From: Burkholderiales bacterium
GTDB taxonomy: Bacteria > Pseudomonadota > Gammaproteobacteria > Burkholderiales > SG8-41
NCBI GenBank assembly: GCA_036555615.1
Contig: DATBKZ010000028.1
Span: forward strand, 5,212 to 69,211
Length of the DNA stretch: 64,000 nt
Direction of reading: 5' to 3'
Shown one piece after another: positions 1 through 8,784 of the stretch (position 1 is its first letter; every line of letters begins with the position of its first letter). Below the pieces are notes generated by a model. The model was given only the letters and a program-made list of their open reading frames with translations, had not been told where the DNA came from and searched no databases. The translations under genes and the position numbers were made by a program.

Positions 1-46
1 GGGCGGCGAAATCAGTTTGCGCCGACAGATTTTCAGTTAGCTTGAC

Positions 47-93
47 CATCTACCCCCTCACCCTACCCTCTCCCCCGCCGACGGGGGAGAGGG
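47..93. repeat. REP-like hairpin element, copy 1 (stem CCCTCTCCCCCG 66-77 / CGGGGGAGAGGG 82-93, loop ccga)
   Basis: The perfect 12-bp inverted repeat was read directly. The 30-nt flank CATCTACCCC(C/A)TCACCCTACCCTCTCCCCC recurs at 1758-1787 (29/30 identical). Confidence 0.7.
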
Positions 94-105
94 CGAATAA
101 ATGCT

Positions 106-513
106 TTATCTTTGCTTTGGCACTTGGGGCAATGCACGGAGGTCCTGGGTCCACGGCTGCGCCGAGCGCATCCACTGCTGCAGCTTCGGCACGAGCTCCG
201 CCCGCTGGCGTATCGCGCCGACGCGCAGCCCGACCATCTCAGCGGTGTGGTCTGGCGACGAGTAGATCGGCGTGCCACATTCGGGACAGAACCCCTGCAC
301 CCGTTTCTTCCCGCTCTCCGCCGTCGTCTTCACGTACTGCTTCACCGGCCCTCCGGTCATCTTGAACGTCCCCTTGACCGCAGGAATGTTTACGCGATAC
401 GCGGACCCGGTGGAGTTCTGGCAATCGGTGCAGTGGCAGATGCGGACCTGCTCGGGATCCACTTCCGCCTCGAATCGTATGCTGCCGCAGTGGCATTGGC
501 CGTCGATTTTCAT
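106..513 (-). CDS. GFA/CENP-V family (glutathione-dependent formaldehyde-activating-like) zinc protein
   Basis: 135-aa ORF with the Cys motifs CHCGSIRF, CHCTDCQ and FCPECGTP that are typical of the GFA fold. Confidence 0.85.
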   Translation of the reverse strand: MKIDGQCHCGSIRFEAEVDPEQVRICHCTDCQNSTGSAYRVNIPAVKGTFKMTGGPVKQYVKTTAESGKKRVQGFCPECGTPIYSSPDHTAEMVGLRVGAIRQRAELVPKLQQWMRSAQPWTQDLRALPQVPKQR

Positions 514-526
514 GTCGCTTGGCTCC

Positions 527-561
527 TGGTTACAGGTGATTGGTGATAGGTGATGAGGATC
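527..561. repeat. Tandem heptamer array (TGGTTAC AGGTGAT TGGTGAT AGGTGAT GAGGATC)
   Basis: The period-7 repetition was read directly in the 51-bp spacer between two minus-strand genes. Confidence 0.7.
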
Positions 562-564
562 CGC

Positions 565-1239
565 TCATTTTTCGCGCGCTTCCGCGGCGGCGAGGGGATG
601 GAGTGGAGCTCGCTGCACGAGCATGACGACGATCATCGCGACGCCTGCGATGACCAGCGCAAGGTCCTCGTACACACCCAGCTGGAATGCGGCCAATGCC
701 CCCACTGCCGCCCACAGCAGCGGCACCACGAGCACCGTTTTTGGAAGCGGGCTGGCCGTGAACAACAGCAGGCCGAGGGTGAAAATCGTCGTCGGGCACG
801 GCAGCCCGAAGGTCGGGGCAGCCGGATAGCGGTGCCCGAGGAAATAGCCGGTCACGGGGTAAAGCACCAGCGCAAAGACGAACAGCGCCGCTCCGGAAAT
901 GCCGCGAATTCCCGGCACGAATCGAAAGCTGAGGTCCGGCCGCGCGATCCCATGCCACGCGAATGCCAGGCTTCCGAGAAGGAAGCCCATTCCCAGGAGC
1001 CACGCAGCAGGATTGATGCTTGTGAAGAACGCGATGTGATAAGCGATCCCCATCCACGCCCAGAGAGCAGCGAGCAGGAGCGAGATCATGAAGCTGGCCC
1101 ACGCGCCCGGCACGAACAGCAACGCCATGCTCAACAGCGCAACGGCATTCAAGGCGATCGGCATCGGCCAGACGGCTTCGTTGTAACGCGCAAAGACCGC
1201 AAAGAACTGCTCAGCAGTAAAAGGCAGACTGATGCTCAC
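565..1239 (-). CDS. Polytopic inner-membrane protein of unknown function (tentatively DUF6064-like)
   Basis: 224-aa ORF with a GTG start, about 6 hydrophobic helices and high GC3. The family name is recalled only tentatively. Confidence 0.7.
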   Translation of the reverse strand: MSISLPFTAEQFFAVFARYNEAVWPMPIALNAVALLSMALLFVPGAWASFMISLLLAALWAWMGIAYHIAFFTSINPAAWLLGMGFLLGSLAFAWHGIARPDLSFRFVPGIRGISGAALFVFALVLYPVTGYFLGHRYPAAPTFGLPCPTTIFTLGLLLFTASPLPKTVLVVPLLWAAVGALAAFQLGVYEDLALVIAGVAMIVVMLVQRAPLHPLAAAEAREK

Positions 1240-1289
1240 TCGTCACCTGTCGCTGGTCACCGATCACTCGTTGTTCGCCACTTATCATC
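1234..1289. repeat. Tandem heptamer array, about 8 units, consensus NGTCACY (GCTCACT CGTCACC TGTCGCT GGTCACC GATCACT CGTTGTT CGCCACT TATCATC)
   Basis: Period-7 repetition read directly. Its orientation is inverted relative to the array at 527-561. Confidence 0.7.
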
Positions 1290-1301
1290 GCGCGTCCGCC
1301 C

Positions 1302-1760
1302 TCACCCGGCCGCGCCCGGGCCGATCGTGCGCGCAAGCCACCAGAAGAACAGCCACAGCAGCGCGGCGGCGAGACCCAGGCACAATGCAAGTGTCTGGAT
1401 GACCTGCCCTCGAACCACCGCGGTCGGCCCGTCCATGACCGGAGTATCCCGGATGACGCGAAATCCGGGCGGCGGGAACTGCTGCGCCCGCAGCACTCTT
1501 TTGCCGAGCAGCCAGAGGTACACGGCAAACGCGATCACAGGAGCAGAGAGGACGAGGGCGGACAGATAGATCGCCAGCCTCGCCCGTCCCGCCGTTGCCG
1601 CCGGGTCGGAAGTGAGCCACGCGCGGAACGGCTCGCCGAAGTGGTCGAACCCCGCGATGAGCAAGCCGCCCACTGTTGCACCGAAGATGATCGCCAGAAC
1701 CGCGCGCCGCCGGGCGGCGGGATCGGCTTTGGCAACCGCCTGTTCACTCGAATCGGACAT
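1302..1760 (-). CDS. Hypothetical membrane protein (3-4 TM helices)
   Basis: 152-aa ORF with hydrophobic segments and high GC3. No family was recognised. Confidence 0.6.
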   Translation of the reverse strand: MSDSSEQAVAKADPAARRRAVLAIIFGATVGGLLIAGFDHFGEPFRAWLTSDPAATAGRARLAIYLSALVLSAPVIAFAVYLWLLGKRVLRAQQFPPPGFRVIRDTPVMDGPTAVVRGQVIQTLALCLGLAAALLWLFFWWLARTIGPGAAG

Positions 1761-1803
1761 CTACCCCATCACCCTACCCTCTCCCCCAACCGGTGGAGAG
1801 GGG
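1758..1803. repeat. REP-like hairpin element, copy 2 (CCCTCTCC 1777-1784 / GGAGAGGG 1795-1802)
   Basis: It has the same 30-nt flank as copy 1 and an imperfect hairpin. Its end (CAT 1758-1760) is the start codon of the 152-aa gene. Confidence 0.7.
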
Positions 1804-1830
1804 AATTGAACTCGGTCACGTCTCTCGACA

Positions 1831-2310
1831 ATGAATGATAATGCGCCGATGCCATTGATATCTCGATATCTTCCAGCCGAATCCGACACCCTTGCGTTCG
1901 GCGCCGAGCTTGCGCCAGCGCTTGAGCCCGGTCTGGTGATCTACCTTTCGGGCCACTTGGGGGCGGGCAAGACCACCCTCGCGCGGGGCATTCTCCGGGG
2001 TCTCGGGTACGAGGGACGGGTGAAAAGCCCGTCGTTTGCTCTGGTTGAACCTTACACATTTTCTAGGTTATACTTGTATCACTTTGATTTTTATCGGTTC
2101 ACCGATCCTCGAGAGCTGGACGAAGCCGGCTTCAGGGAGCACTTCAACCCGGCTACGGTTTGTCTCGTGGAGTGGCCCGAGAACGCCGCAGGAGTAGTGC
2201 CCCCTGCGGACATAAGAATCGAATTGAAGATTGCAGGACGGGGGAGAGAGCTTGAGATCGACGCCGACACGGAGGCTGGCAGGCGTTGTTTGGAGCACTT
2301 AAAGCACTAG
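1831..2310 (+). CDS. tsaE: tRNA threonylcarbamoyladenosine (t6A) biosynthesis ATPase TsaE
   Basis: P-loop GHLGAGKTTLARG, plus VKSPSFALVEPY and YHFDFYR. The gene lies upstream of the cell-wall amidase, as in the enterobacterial tsaE-amiB arrangement. Confidence 0.9.
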   Translation: MNDNAPMPLISRYLPAESDTLAFGAELAPALEPGLVIYLSGHLGAGKTTLARGILRGLGYEGRVKSPSFALVEPYTFSRLYLYHFDFYRFTDPRELDEAGFREHFNPATVCLVEWPENAAGVVPPADIRIELKIAGRGRELEIDADTEAGRRCLEHLKH

Positions 2311-3611
2311 GCTTTTCCCGCGGCCGCGCTCTGGCACGGCCGGCTGTCTCCTGCACGCTCGCTTGTCTCGCTGTTGCCTTCCAGGGTGGCCTGCCCGCGC
2401 CCGCCGCTGCGCAATCCGGAACCCAGATCACTGCCGCGCGCACATGGCCCGCGCCGGATTACACGCGGATCACGCTCGAAAGCCAGGAGCCGCTCACTTA
2501 TTCGGTCCTCAGCCTAAAGGACCCCGAGCGGCTGGCAGTGGACCTCGAAGGCATCGAAGTCACCGATGCGCTGTCGGGGCTCACCGAGAAAATCGGCGCA
2601 AACGATCCTTATATCAAGGGCATGCGCATCGGGCGCTACAAGCCCGGTGTCGTGCGGCTGGTCTTTGACCTGAAAAGCGAGATCAAGCCTCAGGTGTTCA
2701 CCTTGGCGCCGGTTGGCGACTACGGGCACCGCCTGGTGATCGACGTCTATCCCCTGGAGCCGCCCGATCCCCTGCTCGTGTTCCTCGACAGGCTCCAGAC
2801 GCAGGGCGAGGACGGGTCGGTTTCCGCCGACGCCGATGCCGTGAGCCGGCCGCAAGCCGGGCGGCCCGCCCCCCGGCGCCCCGAAGCCGCGCGCCTCATC
2901 ATTGTCGTGCTCGATCCCGGACACGGGGGCGAGGATCCGGGCGCCCTGGGCCGCCGCGGCACGCACGAGAAGAACGTGACGCTCGCCATCGCGCGCAAGC
3001 TCAAGGCGCGGATCGACAAGGAACCCAACATGCGCGCGGTGCTGACCCGCGACGGTGACTATTACCTGCCGCTCCAGACGCGCGTCGAAAAAGCGCAACG
3101 GGTGCGGGCGGATCTCTTCGTGTCGATCCACGCCGACGCGTTCATCCGCCCGCACGCGCGCGGCGCCTCGGTATTCGCGCTCTCCGAGAAGGGCGCAACG
3201 TCGGCCGCCGCGAGCTGGCTCGCCAACCGCGAGAACGCAGCGGACTTGATCGGCGGCGTAAACCTCCAGGGCAAGGACCGCTATCTCAAGATGACGCTCG
3301 CCGATCTTTCGCTCACAGCGCAGATCAACGACAGCCTGAAGGCCGGGCGGGCAGTTTTGGCCGAGCTGGGCGGCGTCAACGACCTGCACAAGGCGGACGT
3401 CGAGCAGGCCGGCTTCGCGGTGCTGAAGGCGCCCGACATCCCTTCGATCCTGGTGGAGACCGCCTTCATCAGCAATCCCGCCGAGGAGCTGAGGCTGAGG
3501 AGCGAGTCCTACCAGAACAAGGTCGCGGAGGCGATCTTCAACGGCATCAAGCGCTACTTCGCCAAGAACCCGCCGCTGGCGCGGGACCGCATCGCGCTCA
3601 ATTTGCAGTAA
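2286..3611 (+). CDS. N-acetylmuramoyl-L-alanine amidase (AmiB/AmiC type with N-terminal AMIN domain)
   Basis: AMIN-like N-terminus (TWPAPDYTRITLES...LAVDLEG). Amidase_3 motifs DPGHGGEDPGA, SIHADA and VETAFISNP. The start (TTG 2286) is uncertain. Confidence 0.9.
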   Translation: MFGALKALGFSRGRALARPAVSCTLACLAVAFQGGLPAPAAAQSGTQITAARTWPAPDYTRITLESQEPLTYSVLSLKDPERLAVDLEGIEVTDALSGLTEKIGANDPYIKGMRIGRYKPGVVRLVFDLKSEIKPQVFTLAPVGDYGHRLVIDVYPLEPPDPLLVFLDRLQTQGEDGSVSADADAVSRPQAGRPAPRRPEAARLIIVVLDPGHGGEDPGALGRRGTHEKNVTLAIARKLKARIDKEPNMRAVLTRDGDYYLPLQTRVEKAQRVRADLFVSIHADAFIRPHARGASVFALSEKGATSAAASWLANRENAADLIGGVNLQGKDRYLKMTLADLSLTAQINDSLKAGRAVLAELGGVNDLHKADVEQAGFAVLKAPDIPSILVETAFISNPAEELRLRSESYQNKVAEAIFNGIKRYFAKNPPLARDRIALNLQ

Positions 3612-3659
3612 CGAGAGTGGACAAGAACCCAGAACCAGTATCACAGCGGGAGGGACCGT

Positions 3660-4196
3660 TTGAATAAGGCGGTCCCGATCTTGAACCGGACTCTAGCGCT
3701 ACTCCTCCCTCTTCTACTTTCAGCTTTCCCCGCCCTCGCGGACGTCCAGGGCCGCGTGGTGTCCGTGCACGATGGCGACACCCTGACGGTCCTCATCGAG
3801 CACCGCCAGGTGCGCGTGCGGCTGACCGATATCGACGCGCCCGAGCTCGGCCAGCCGTTCGGCACGCGCTCCCGGCAATCGCTGTCCGGTTTGTGCTTCG
3901 GGAAAGTCGCAACCCTCGACGTCCGCGGTGAAGATCGCTACCACCGGACGCTTGCCCGCGTCACGTGCGCCGGCACGGACGCGAACACCGAGCAGGTCCG
4001 CCGGGGCTATGCGTGGGCCTTCGTGCGCTACGTGCGTCCTGACTCTCCGCTCCTCGCCATCCAGGACGATGCGCGCGCGGCGCAGCGCGGCTTGTGGCAG
4101 GACCCCGCGCCCGTCGCGCCGTGGGAATGGCGGCGCAATCTCCGGCAGTCGCTGCGCACGGGAAATTCGCGCTCGAGCCTGATGCTGCGGAACTGA
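3660..4196 (+). CDS. Secreted thermonuclease (SNase-like) family nuclease
   Basis: Signal-peptide-like N-terminus, followed by GRVVSVHDGDTLTV...VRVRLTDIDAPE, which is typical of staphylococcal-nuclease homologues. Confidence 0.8.
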   Translation: MNKAVPILNRTLALLLPLLLSAFPALADVQGRVVSVHDGDTLTVLIEHRQVRVRLTDIDAPELGQPFGTRSRQSLSGLCFGKVATLDVRGEDRYHRTLARVTCAGTDANTEQVRRGYAWAFVRYVRPDSPLLAIQDDARAAQRGLWQDPAPVAPWEWRRNLRQSLRTGNSRSSLMLRN

Positions 4197-4205
4197 GCGC
4201 CCGTC

Positions 4206-6218
4206 CTATCCGAAAAGCAAGCCGCGATACAGCTCGAACTGCATCAACCATTCGAACGTCACGGCGTTGAAGCCCGCGGTCGCCGCCGCGGCGATCAGCG
4301 CGCCGCGCAGCGACATCCGGCCCTGTACGATGACGAACAGCGCAACGTAGACCGGCGTCGCCGCATGGAAGCCGACGAGCAGCACCGCGACGAGATAGCC
4401 GGTGACCCACGAGCAGGCGGTAATCACCCGGCGCGGCGGCAGCGGCTTGCCCTCGTCCCCTTCCGGCCCGGCCAGGGAGCCGGTGAACAGCGCCGCGATG
4501 TATCGCCCCGGCCTCGTGCCGGTGGCGGCGGCGATGTCGAGCAGCGCAAAAATCAGCAGCGTCCATGCCGTCAGCGCCGGCACCATGCGCGTGCGCGGCT
4601 CGTACTCGTAGGCCCACACGAGCATGGCGATCGCGAGAGCGAGCACCAGCACGGGAACCACGAGCCGCACCCCATCTCCCTGCAATGCGGGCGCCGCCGC
4701 GGGCGCCCTCCGCTTCACGCCGCGCGCCCGCGCCCGCAGGCGCTCGAGCAGTAGCCGCGCCGCCGGGGTCACCAGAATCAGGACGGTGATGGCAAACAGC
4801 GCGGCCGAGAGCCCGCGCGTCAGGAACACCGATAGCGCGCCGTCGGACATCATCATCGACTGGTGGAATCCGCGTTCCGCGAGCTCGCCGAGCACGAGCG
4901 CGATCACCATGGTGATCCTGGGATAATCGAAGCGGATCATGAGATAGCCGACGGCGCCGAAGACGAACGCGGTGACGACATCGCCGACGTTGCTGTTCAG
5001 CGCGTAGACGCCGACCATCGAGACCGAGACCACCGCGGGCACCAGGACGTACACATCCACCAGCGTGATCAGCGCGAGCTGCCGCGTGACCATCAGCCCC
5101 ATCGCGGTCGCCAGCACGCAGGACGCCGAGAGCGCCAGGATCAGGGTGAACACCATGCCCGGGTGCTCGATCATCAGCATCGGCCCCGGCTCCATGCCGT
5201 GCAGGACCAGGACGCCGAGGAAAATCGCCATCTCGGCGCTGCCGGGGATGCCGAAGGCGAGCGTCGGGATCAGCGCGCCGCCGTCCTTGGCGTTGTTCGC
5301 CGCCTCGGGCGCGATGACCCCTTTGATATTGCCCTTGCCGTAGCTCGCCGGGTCCTTGTCCGCGTGCATCGTCGAGGCGTAGGAGAGGAAGCTCGCGACG
5401 GTCCCGCCCACCCCGGGCACCGCGCCGATGAACGTGCCGATCACCGAGCCGCGCAGCGTCACGCGGTAGTGCGTGAACACCGCGCGCACCCCGTCCATGA
5501 CCCGAGTGATCGCGACGTTGGCCTGTCCGGAGGTCGCGACAACGCCGCCCTTTACGGACAAGTTGATCATTTCGGAGATCGCGAACAGGCCGGTCAGCGC
5601 CGGGACCAGCGGAATGCCGTCCCACAGGTATTCGATGCCCCCGGTGAAGCGGATGCCGCCACTTACCGAATCGTAGCCGACGAACGCGAGCAGCAGCCCC
5701 GCCAGGCCCGCGATGATGCCGCGCAGGAACTTGCCGCCGGTCGAGAGCGCGATCGCGGAGAGACCCATGATCGCAAGCATGAAGAACTCGGGCGGCCCGA
5801 ACAGCAGCACGATCTGCTTCGCAAGCGGGATCACAACGACCAGAACCACGACGCCCAGCAGCCCCCCCACGGAGGACGCGGCGCCCGCAGCGCCGATCGC
5901 AAGCCCCGCTCTTCCTTGCTGCGCAAGGGGATAGCCGTCGAAGCACGTCGCCGCCGCGGGCGCGATGCCCGGCGTGTTGATCAGGATCGCCGTGATCGAA
6001 CCGCCGAACGAGACCGACCCCATGATTCCGCCCATCAGGCTCATCGCCTCGGCGGGCTTCATGCCGAACGTGAGCGGGATCAGCAGCGCGATGGCGGTCG
6101 TGCCTCCCAGTCCGGGAATCACGCCGAATATGAGCCCGATTACCGTGCCGAGGGCGAGAAACAGCAGCCCGCGCGCGGTAAACAGCAGGTCGAATGCGGC
6201 GAGCGTCGATTCCAGCAT
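4206..6218 (-). CDS. Tripartite tricarboxylate transporter large permease TctA fused to a C-terminal TctB-like 4-TM module
   Basis: 670 aa. The N-terminal ~500 aa are TctA-like (GVIPGLGGTTAIALLIPLTF...). The last ~160 aa form 4 extra hydrophobic helices after an Arg-rich linker. Confidence 0.8.
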   Translation of the reverse strand: MLESTLAAFDLLFTARGLLFLALGTVIGLIFGVIPGLGGTTAIALLIPLTFGMKPAEAMSLMGGIMGSVSFGGSITAILINTPGIAPAAATCFDGYPLAQQGRAGLAIGAAGAASSVGGLLGVVVLVVVIPLAKQIVLLFGPPEFFMLAIMGLSAIALSTGGKFLRGIIAGLAGLLLAFVGYDSVSGGIRFTGGIEYLWDGIPLVPALTGLFAISEMINLSVKGGVVATSGQANVAITRVMDGVRAVFTHYRVTLRGSVIGTFIGAVPGVGGTVASFLSYASTMHADKDPASYGKGNIKGVIAPEAANNAKDGGALIPTLAFGIPGSAEMAIFLGVLVLHGMEPGPMLMIEHPGMVFTLILALSASCVLATAMGLMVTRQLALITLVDVYVLVPAVVSVSMVGVYALNSNVGDVVTAFVFGAVGYLMIRFDYPRITMVIALVLGELAERGFHQSMMMSDGALSVFLTRGLSAALFAITVLILVTPAARLLLERLRARARGVKRRAPAAAPALQGDGVRLVVPVLVLALAIAMLVWAYEYEPRTRMVPALTAWTLLIFALLDIAAATGTRPGRYIAALFTGSLAGPEGDEGKPLPPRRVITACSWVTGYLVAVLLVGFHAATPVYVALFVIVQGRMSLRGALIAAAATAGFNAVTFEWLMQFELYRGLLFG

Positions 6219-6304
6219 GGCGGCGGCTCAGATTGCGCGGCGACGGGCGCAGCCGGACGGCGAAGGGACCCGGGGTCCCCCCGCCCGCGGCGGGGCGCGC
6301 CGCA

Positions 6305-7270
6305 TCACTCGCGCTTCAGGAGGCTCGATTTGTACTTGGTGTAGAGCGCGATGGACTTGCTCAGGTAGGCGGTCACCTCATCGGTGTCCATGGGGTCGAA
6401 CGGCCGCCTGACCTTCTGCGCCCAGGCCTGGGCTTCCGGGTCCTGCATCGCCTTCATGATCGCGTCCGAGAGAATCCTGCGGACGTTGTCGGGCGTGCCC
6501 GGCGGCGCCGCCAGGATGCGGTCGACCCCGAGCCCCTCGAGCTCCGCATAGCCGAGCGAGCGCACCGTCGGGACCCCGGGCAGCGTCGATTTCGCCTCGA
6601 AGGTCACCAGCGGCTTCACATCGCCGGACTGCACGAACTTGTAGAAGCTCTCCACCGGCGCGATGGTCGCGTCGCCGTCGCCGCGGATCATGCCCACGAT
6701 GTACTCCTGGGAACTCTTGTAGCCCGTGAGCGGCGTCGATTCGATCCCCATCGCGTCGCGCACGATGCCGGCGGCCGAGTACGAGGTCGAGCCGTAGCCG
6801 GTGTGAGTCATCTTGACCGGCCGGCCCAGCTTCTTCAAATCCTCGAAACTCTTGATCGCATCGTTCTTGCCGGCGGATGCGATCAGGTACGCGCTGTTCG
6901 ACAGGCGCGCAATCCAGACGAACTTGTTGATGTCGTAGGTGACCTTCTCACCGGTGAGCGAGGGAATCGCGGCGCCCGGGAAGTTGATGACTGAGATGGT
7001 GTAGCCGTCGGGCGCGGCACGCATCAGCTCGTTATAGCCCCGGCGCCCGCCGGCCCCGGGAACATTCTTCGGTATCACCTTGACGTTGTTGGGCAGGTAC
7101 TTGCTCATCGGCCCCATGATCGCGCGCGGGGTCGTGTCCATGCCCCCGCCGGGGCTGAACGGAATGATGATGGTGATGTCCTTCTCGGGAAACGCCGCCT
7201 GGCCCTGACCCGCCAGTCCCAGCGGCAGCGTTGCGAGCGCGACGATAGCCAGCGTGCGCATGGTACTCAT
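6305..7270 (-). CDS. Tripartite tricarboxylate transporter substrate-binding protein (TctC/Bug family)
   Basis: Signal peptide plus the FPEKDITIIIPFSPGGGMDT motif. It lies directly upstream of tctA(B). Confidence 0.9.
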   Translation of the reverse strand: MSTMRTLAIVALATLPLGLAGQGQAAFPEKDITIIIPFSPGGGMDTTPRAIMGPMSKYLPNNVKVIPKNVPGAGGRRGYNELMRAAPDGYTISVINFPGAAIPSLTGEKVTYDINKFVWIARLSNSAYLIASAGKNDAIKSFEDLKKLGRPVKMTHTGYGSTSYSAAGIVRDAMGIESTPLTGYKSSQEYIVGMIRGDGDATIAPVESFYKFVQSGDVKPLVTFEAKSTLPGVPTVRSLGYAELEGLGVDRILAAPPGTPDNVRRILSDAIMKAMQDPEAQAWAQKVRRPFDPMDTDEVTAYLSKSIALYTKYKSSLLKRE

Positions 7271-7362
7271 ATGCCCTCCTCCGCTTCTTGTAGTCGAGAA
7301 TCAACCGCCAGGCCGAATCATGCTCGTACCCGCGGAAGGTGGTCAAGCGCGTGCGGTCCGCG

Positions 7363-8772
7363 TCAGGTCTTGAGCGCGCCGAGCACGTCATCCAGCGTCT
7401 TCTTCGCGTCGCCAAAAAGCATGCGATTGTTCTCATTGTAGAAGAGCGGATTGTCGACGCCCGCGTAGCCGGAAGCCATGCTGCGCTTCATCATGATCGA
7501 GGTCCTGGCATTCCATACTTCCAGCACCGGCATGCCGGCGATCGGGCTCGTGGGATCCTCCTGGGCCGCGGGGTTCACGATGTCGTTCGCGCCGATGACC
7601 ATCGCGACATCAGTATCGGGGAAGTCCGCGTTGATCTCGTCCATCTCGAGCACGATGTCGTAGGGCACCTTGGCTTCCGCCAGCAGCACGTTCATGTGGC
7701 CGGGCATGCGGCCGGCCACCGGGTGGATGCCACAGCGCACGTTGACGCCCTTCTCGCGCAGGTGCTTGGTGAGCTCGTATACCGAGTGCTGGGCCTGCGC
7801 CACCGCCATGCCGTAGCCGGGCACGATGATGACGCTTTGCGCCCCGCGCAGGAGCTCTGCCGTCTCGGCCGCGGAGATCGGAACGACTTCGCCGGCCGGC
7901 TGCGTGCCAGCCGCCGTGGAACCGCCCTCGGTGCCGAAGCCGCCGGCGATTACCGCGAAGAAGTGGCGGTTCATCGCGCGGCACATGATGTAGGAGAGAA
8001 TGGCGCCGCTCGATCCCACCAGCGCGCCGGTGACGATCAGAAGGTCGTTCGACAGCATGAAGCCGGTCGCCGCCGCCGCCCAGCCCGAGTAGCTGTTCAG
8101 CATCGAGATCACCACCGGCATGTCCGCGCCGCCGATCGCCATCACCATGTGGATGCCGAAGAGGAGCGCGATCACGGTCATCACGATGAGCGGCGTCATG
8201 CCCTCGGCCACGGAATGCGAATTGATGAAACGCCAGCCGAACCAGATCACGACGATCAGGCCGACGAGATTGATCCAGTGGCGCGCCGGCAGGAGCATCG
8301 GCTTGCCGCTGATCTTGGCGGAGAGCTTGCCGAACGCGATCACCGAGCCGGAGAAGGTGACGGCGCCGATCAGCACGCCGATGTAGATCTCCAGCTCGTG
8401 TATGGTCTTCTCCGCGCCCTGGAACTGGGCCGAGGCCGCGGGATCGATGTAATTGGCGAATCCGACCAGCACCGCGGCAAGACCCACCAGGCTGTGCATC
8501 AGCGCGACCAGCTCGGGCATCTGCGTCATCCTGACGACGCGCGCGGCGTAGAGCCCGATCGTCGCGCCGACTACCATCGCCCCGATGATCCATGCATAGC
8601 CGGCGGCCGTGACGGCCGGTCCGGACACGGTCGCGAGCACCGCGATGACCATGCCGATCATGCCGTAAAGGTTCCCGCGCCGTGATGTCTCGGGGTTGGA
8701 GAGCCCCCCGAGGCTCAGGATGAAGAGAATCGCTGCGCCAAGATAGGAGACGGTGACGAGTGTCGCGGACAT
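7363..8772 (-). CDS. pntB: NAD(P) transhydrogenase subunit beta
   Basis: 469 aa. Polytopic N-terminus plus a dIII domain with [18 protein letters not shown] and [10 protein letters not shown]. Confidence 0.95.
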   Translation of the reverse strand: MSATLVTVSYLGAAILFILSLGGLSNPETSRRGNLYGMIGMVIAVLATVSGPAVTAAGYAWIIGAMVVGATIGLYAARVVRMTQMPELVALMHSLVGLAAVLVGFANYIDPAASAQFQGAEKTIHELEIYIGVLIGAVTFSGSVIAFGKLSAKISGKPMLLPARHWINLVGLIVVIWFGWRFINSHSVAEGMTPLIVMTVIALLFGIHMVMAIGGADMPVVISMLNSYSGWAAAATGFMLSNDLLIVTGALVGSSGAILSYIMCRAMNRHFFAVIAGGFGTEGGSTAAGTQPAGEVVPISAAETAELLRGAQSVIIVPGYGMAVAQAQHSVYELTKHLREKGVNVRCGIHPVAGRMPGHMNVLLAEAKVPYDIVLEMDEINADFPDTDVAMVIGANDIVNPAAQEDPTSPIAGMPVLEVWNARTSIMMKRSMASGYAGVDNPLFYNENNRMLFGDAKKTLDDVLGALKT

Positions 8773-8784
8773 GGCCCGTCGCTC

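Noticed and set aside
3961-5946. 661-aa minus-strand ORF overlapping tctA in another frame (also 4863-6344 plus strand, 493 aa)
   Set aside because: The overlapping frame 4206-6218 gives an unmistakable TctA permease. The alternatives are Arg/Gly/His-rich with no hydrophobic helices.
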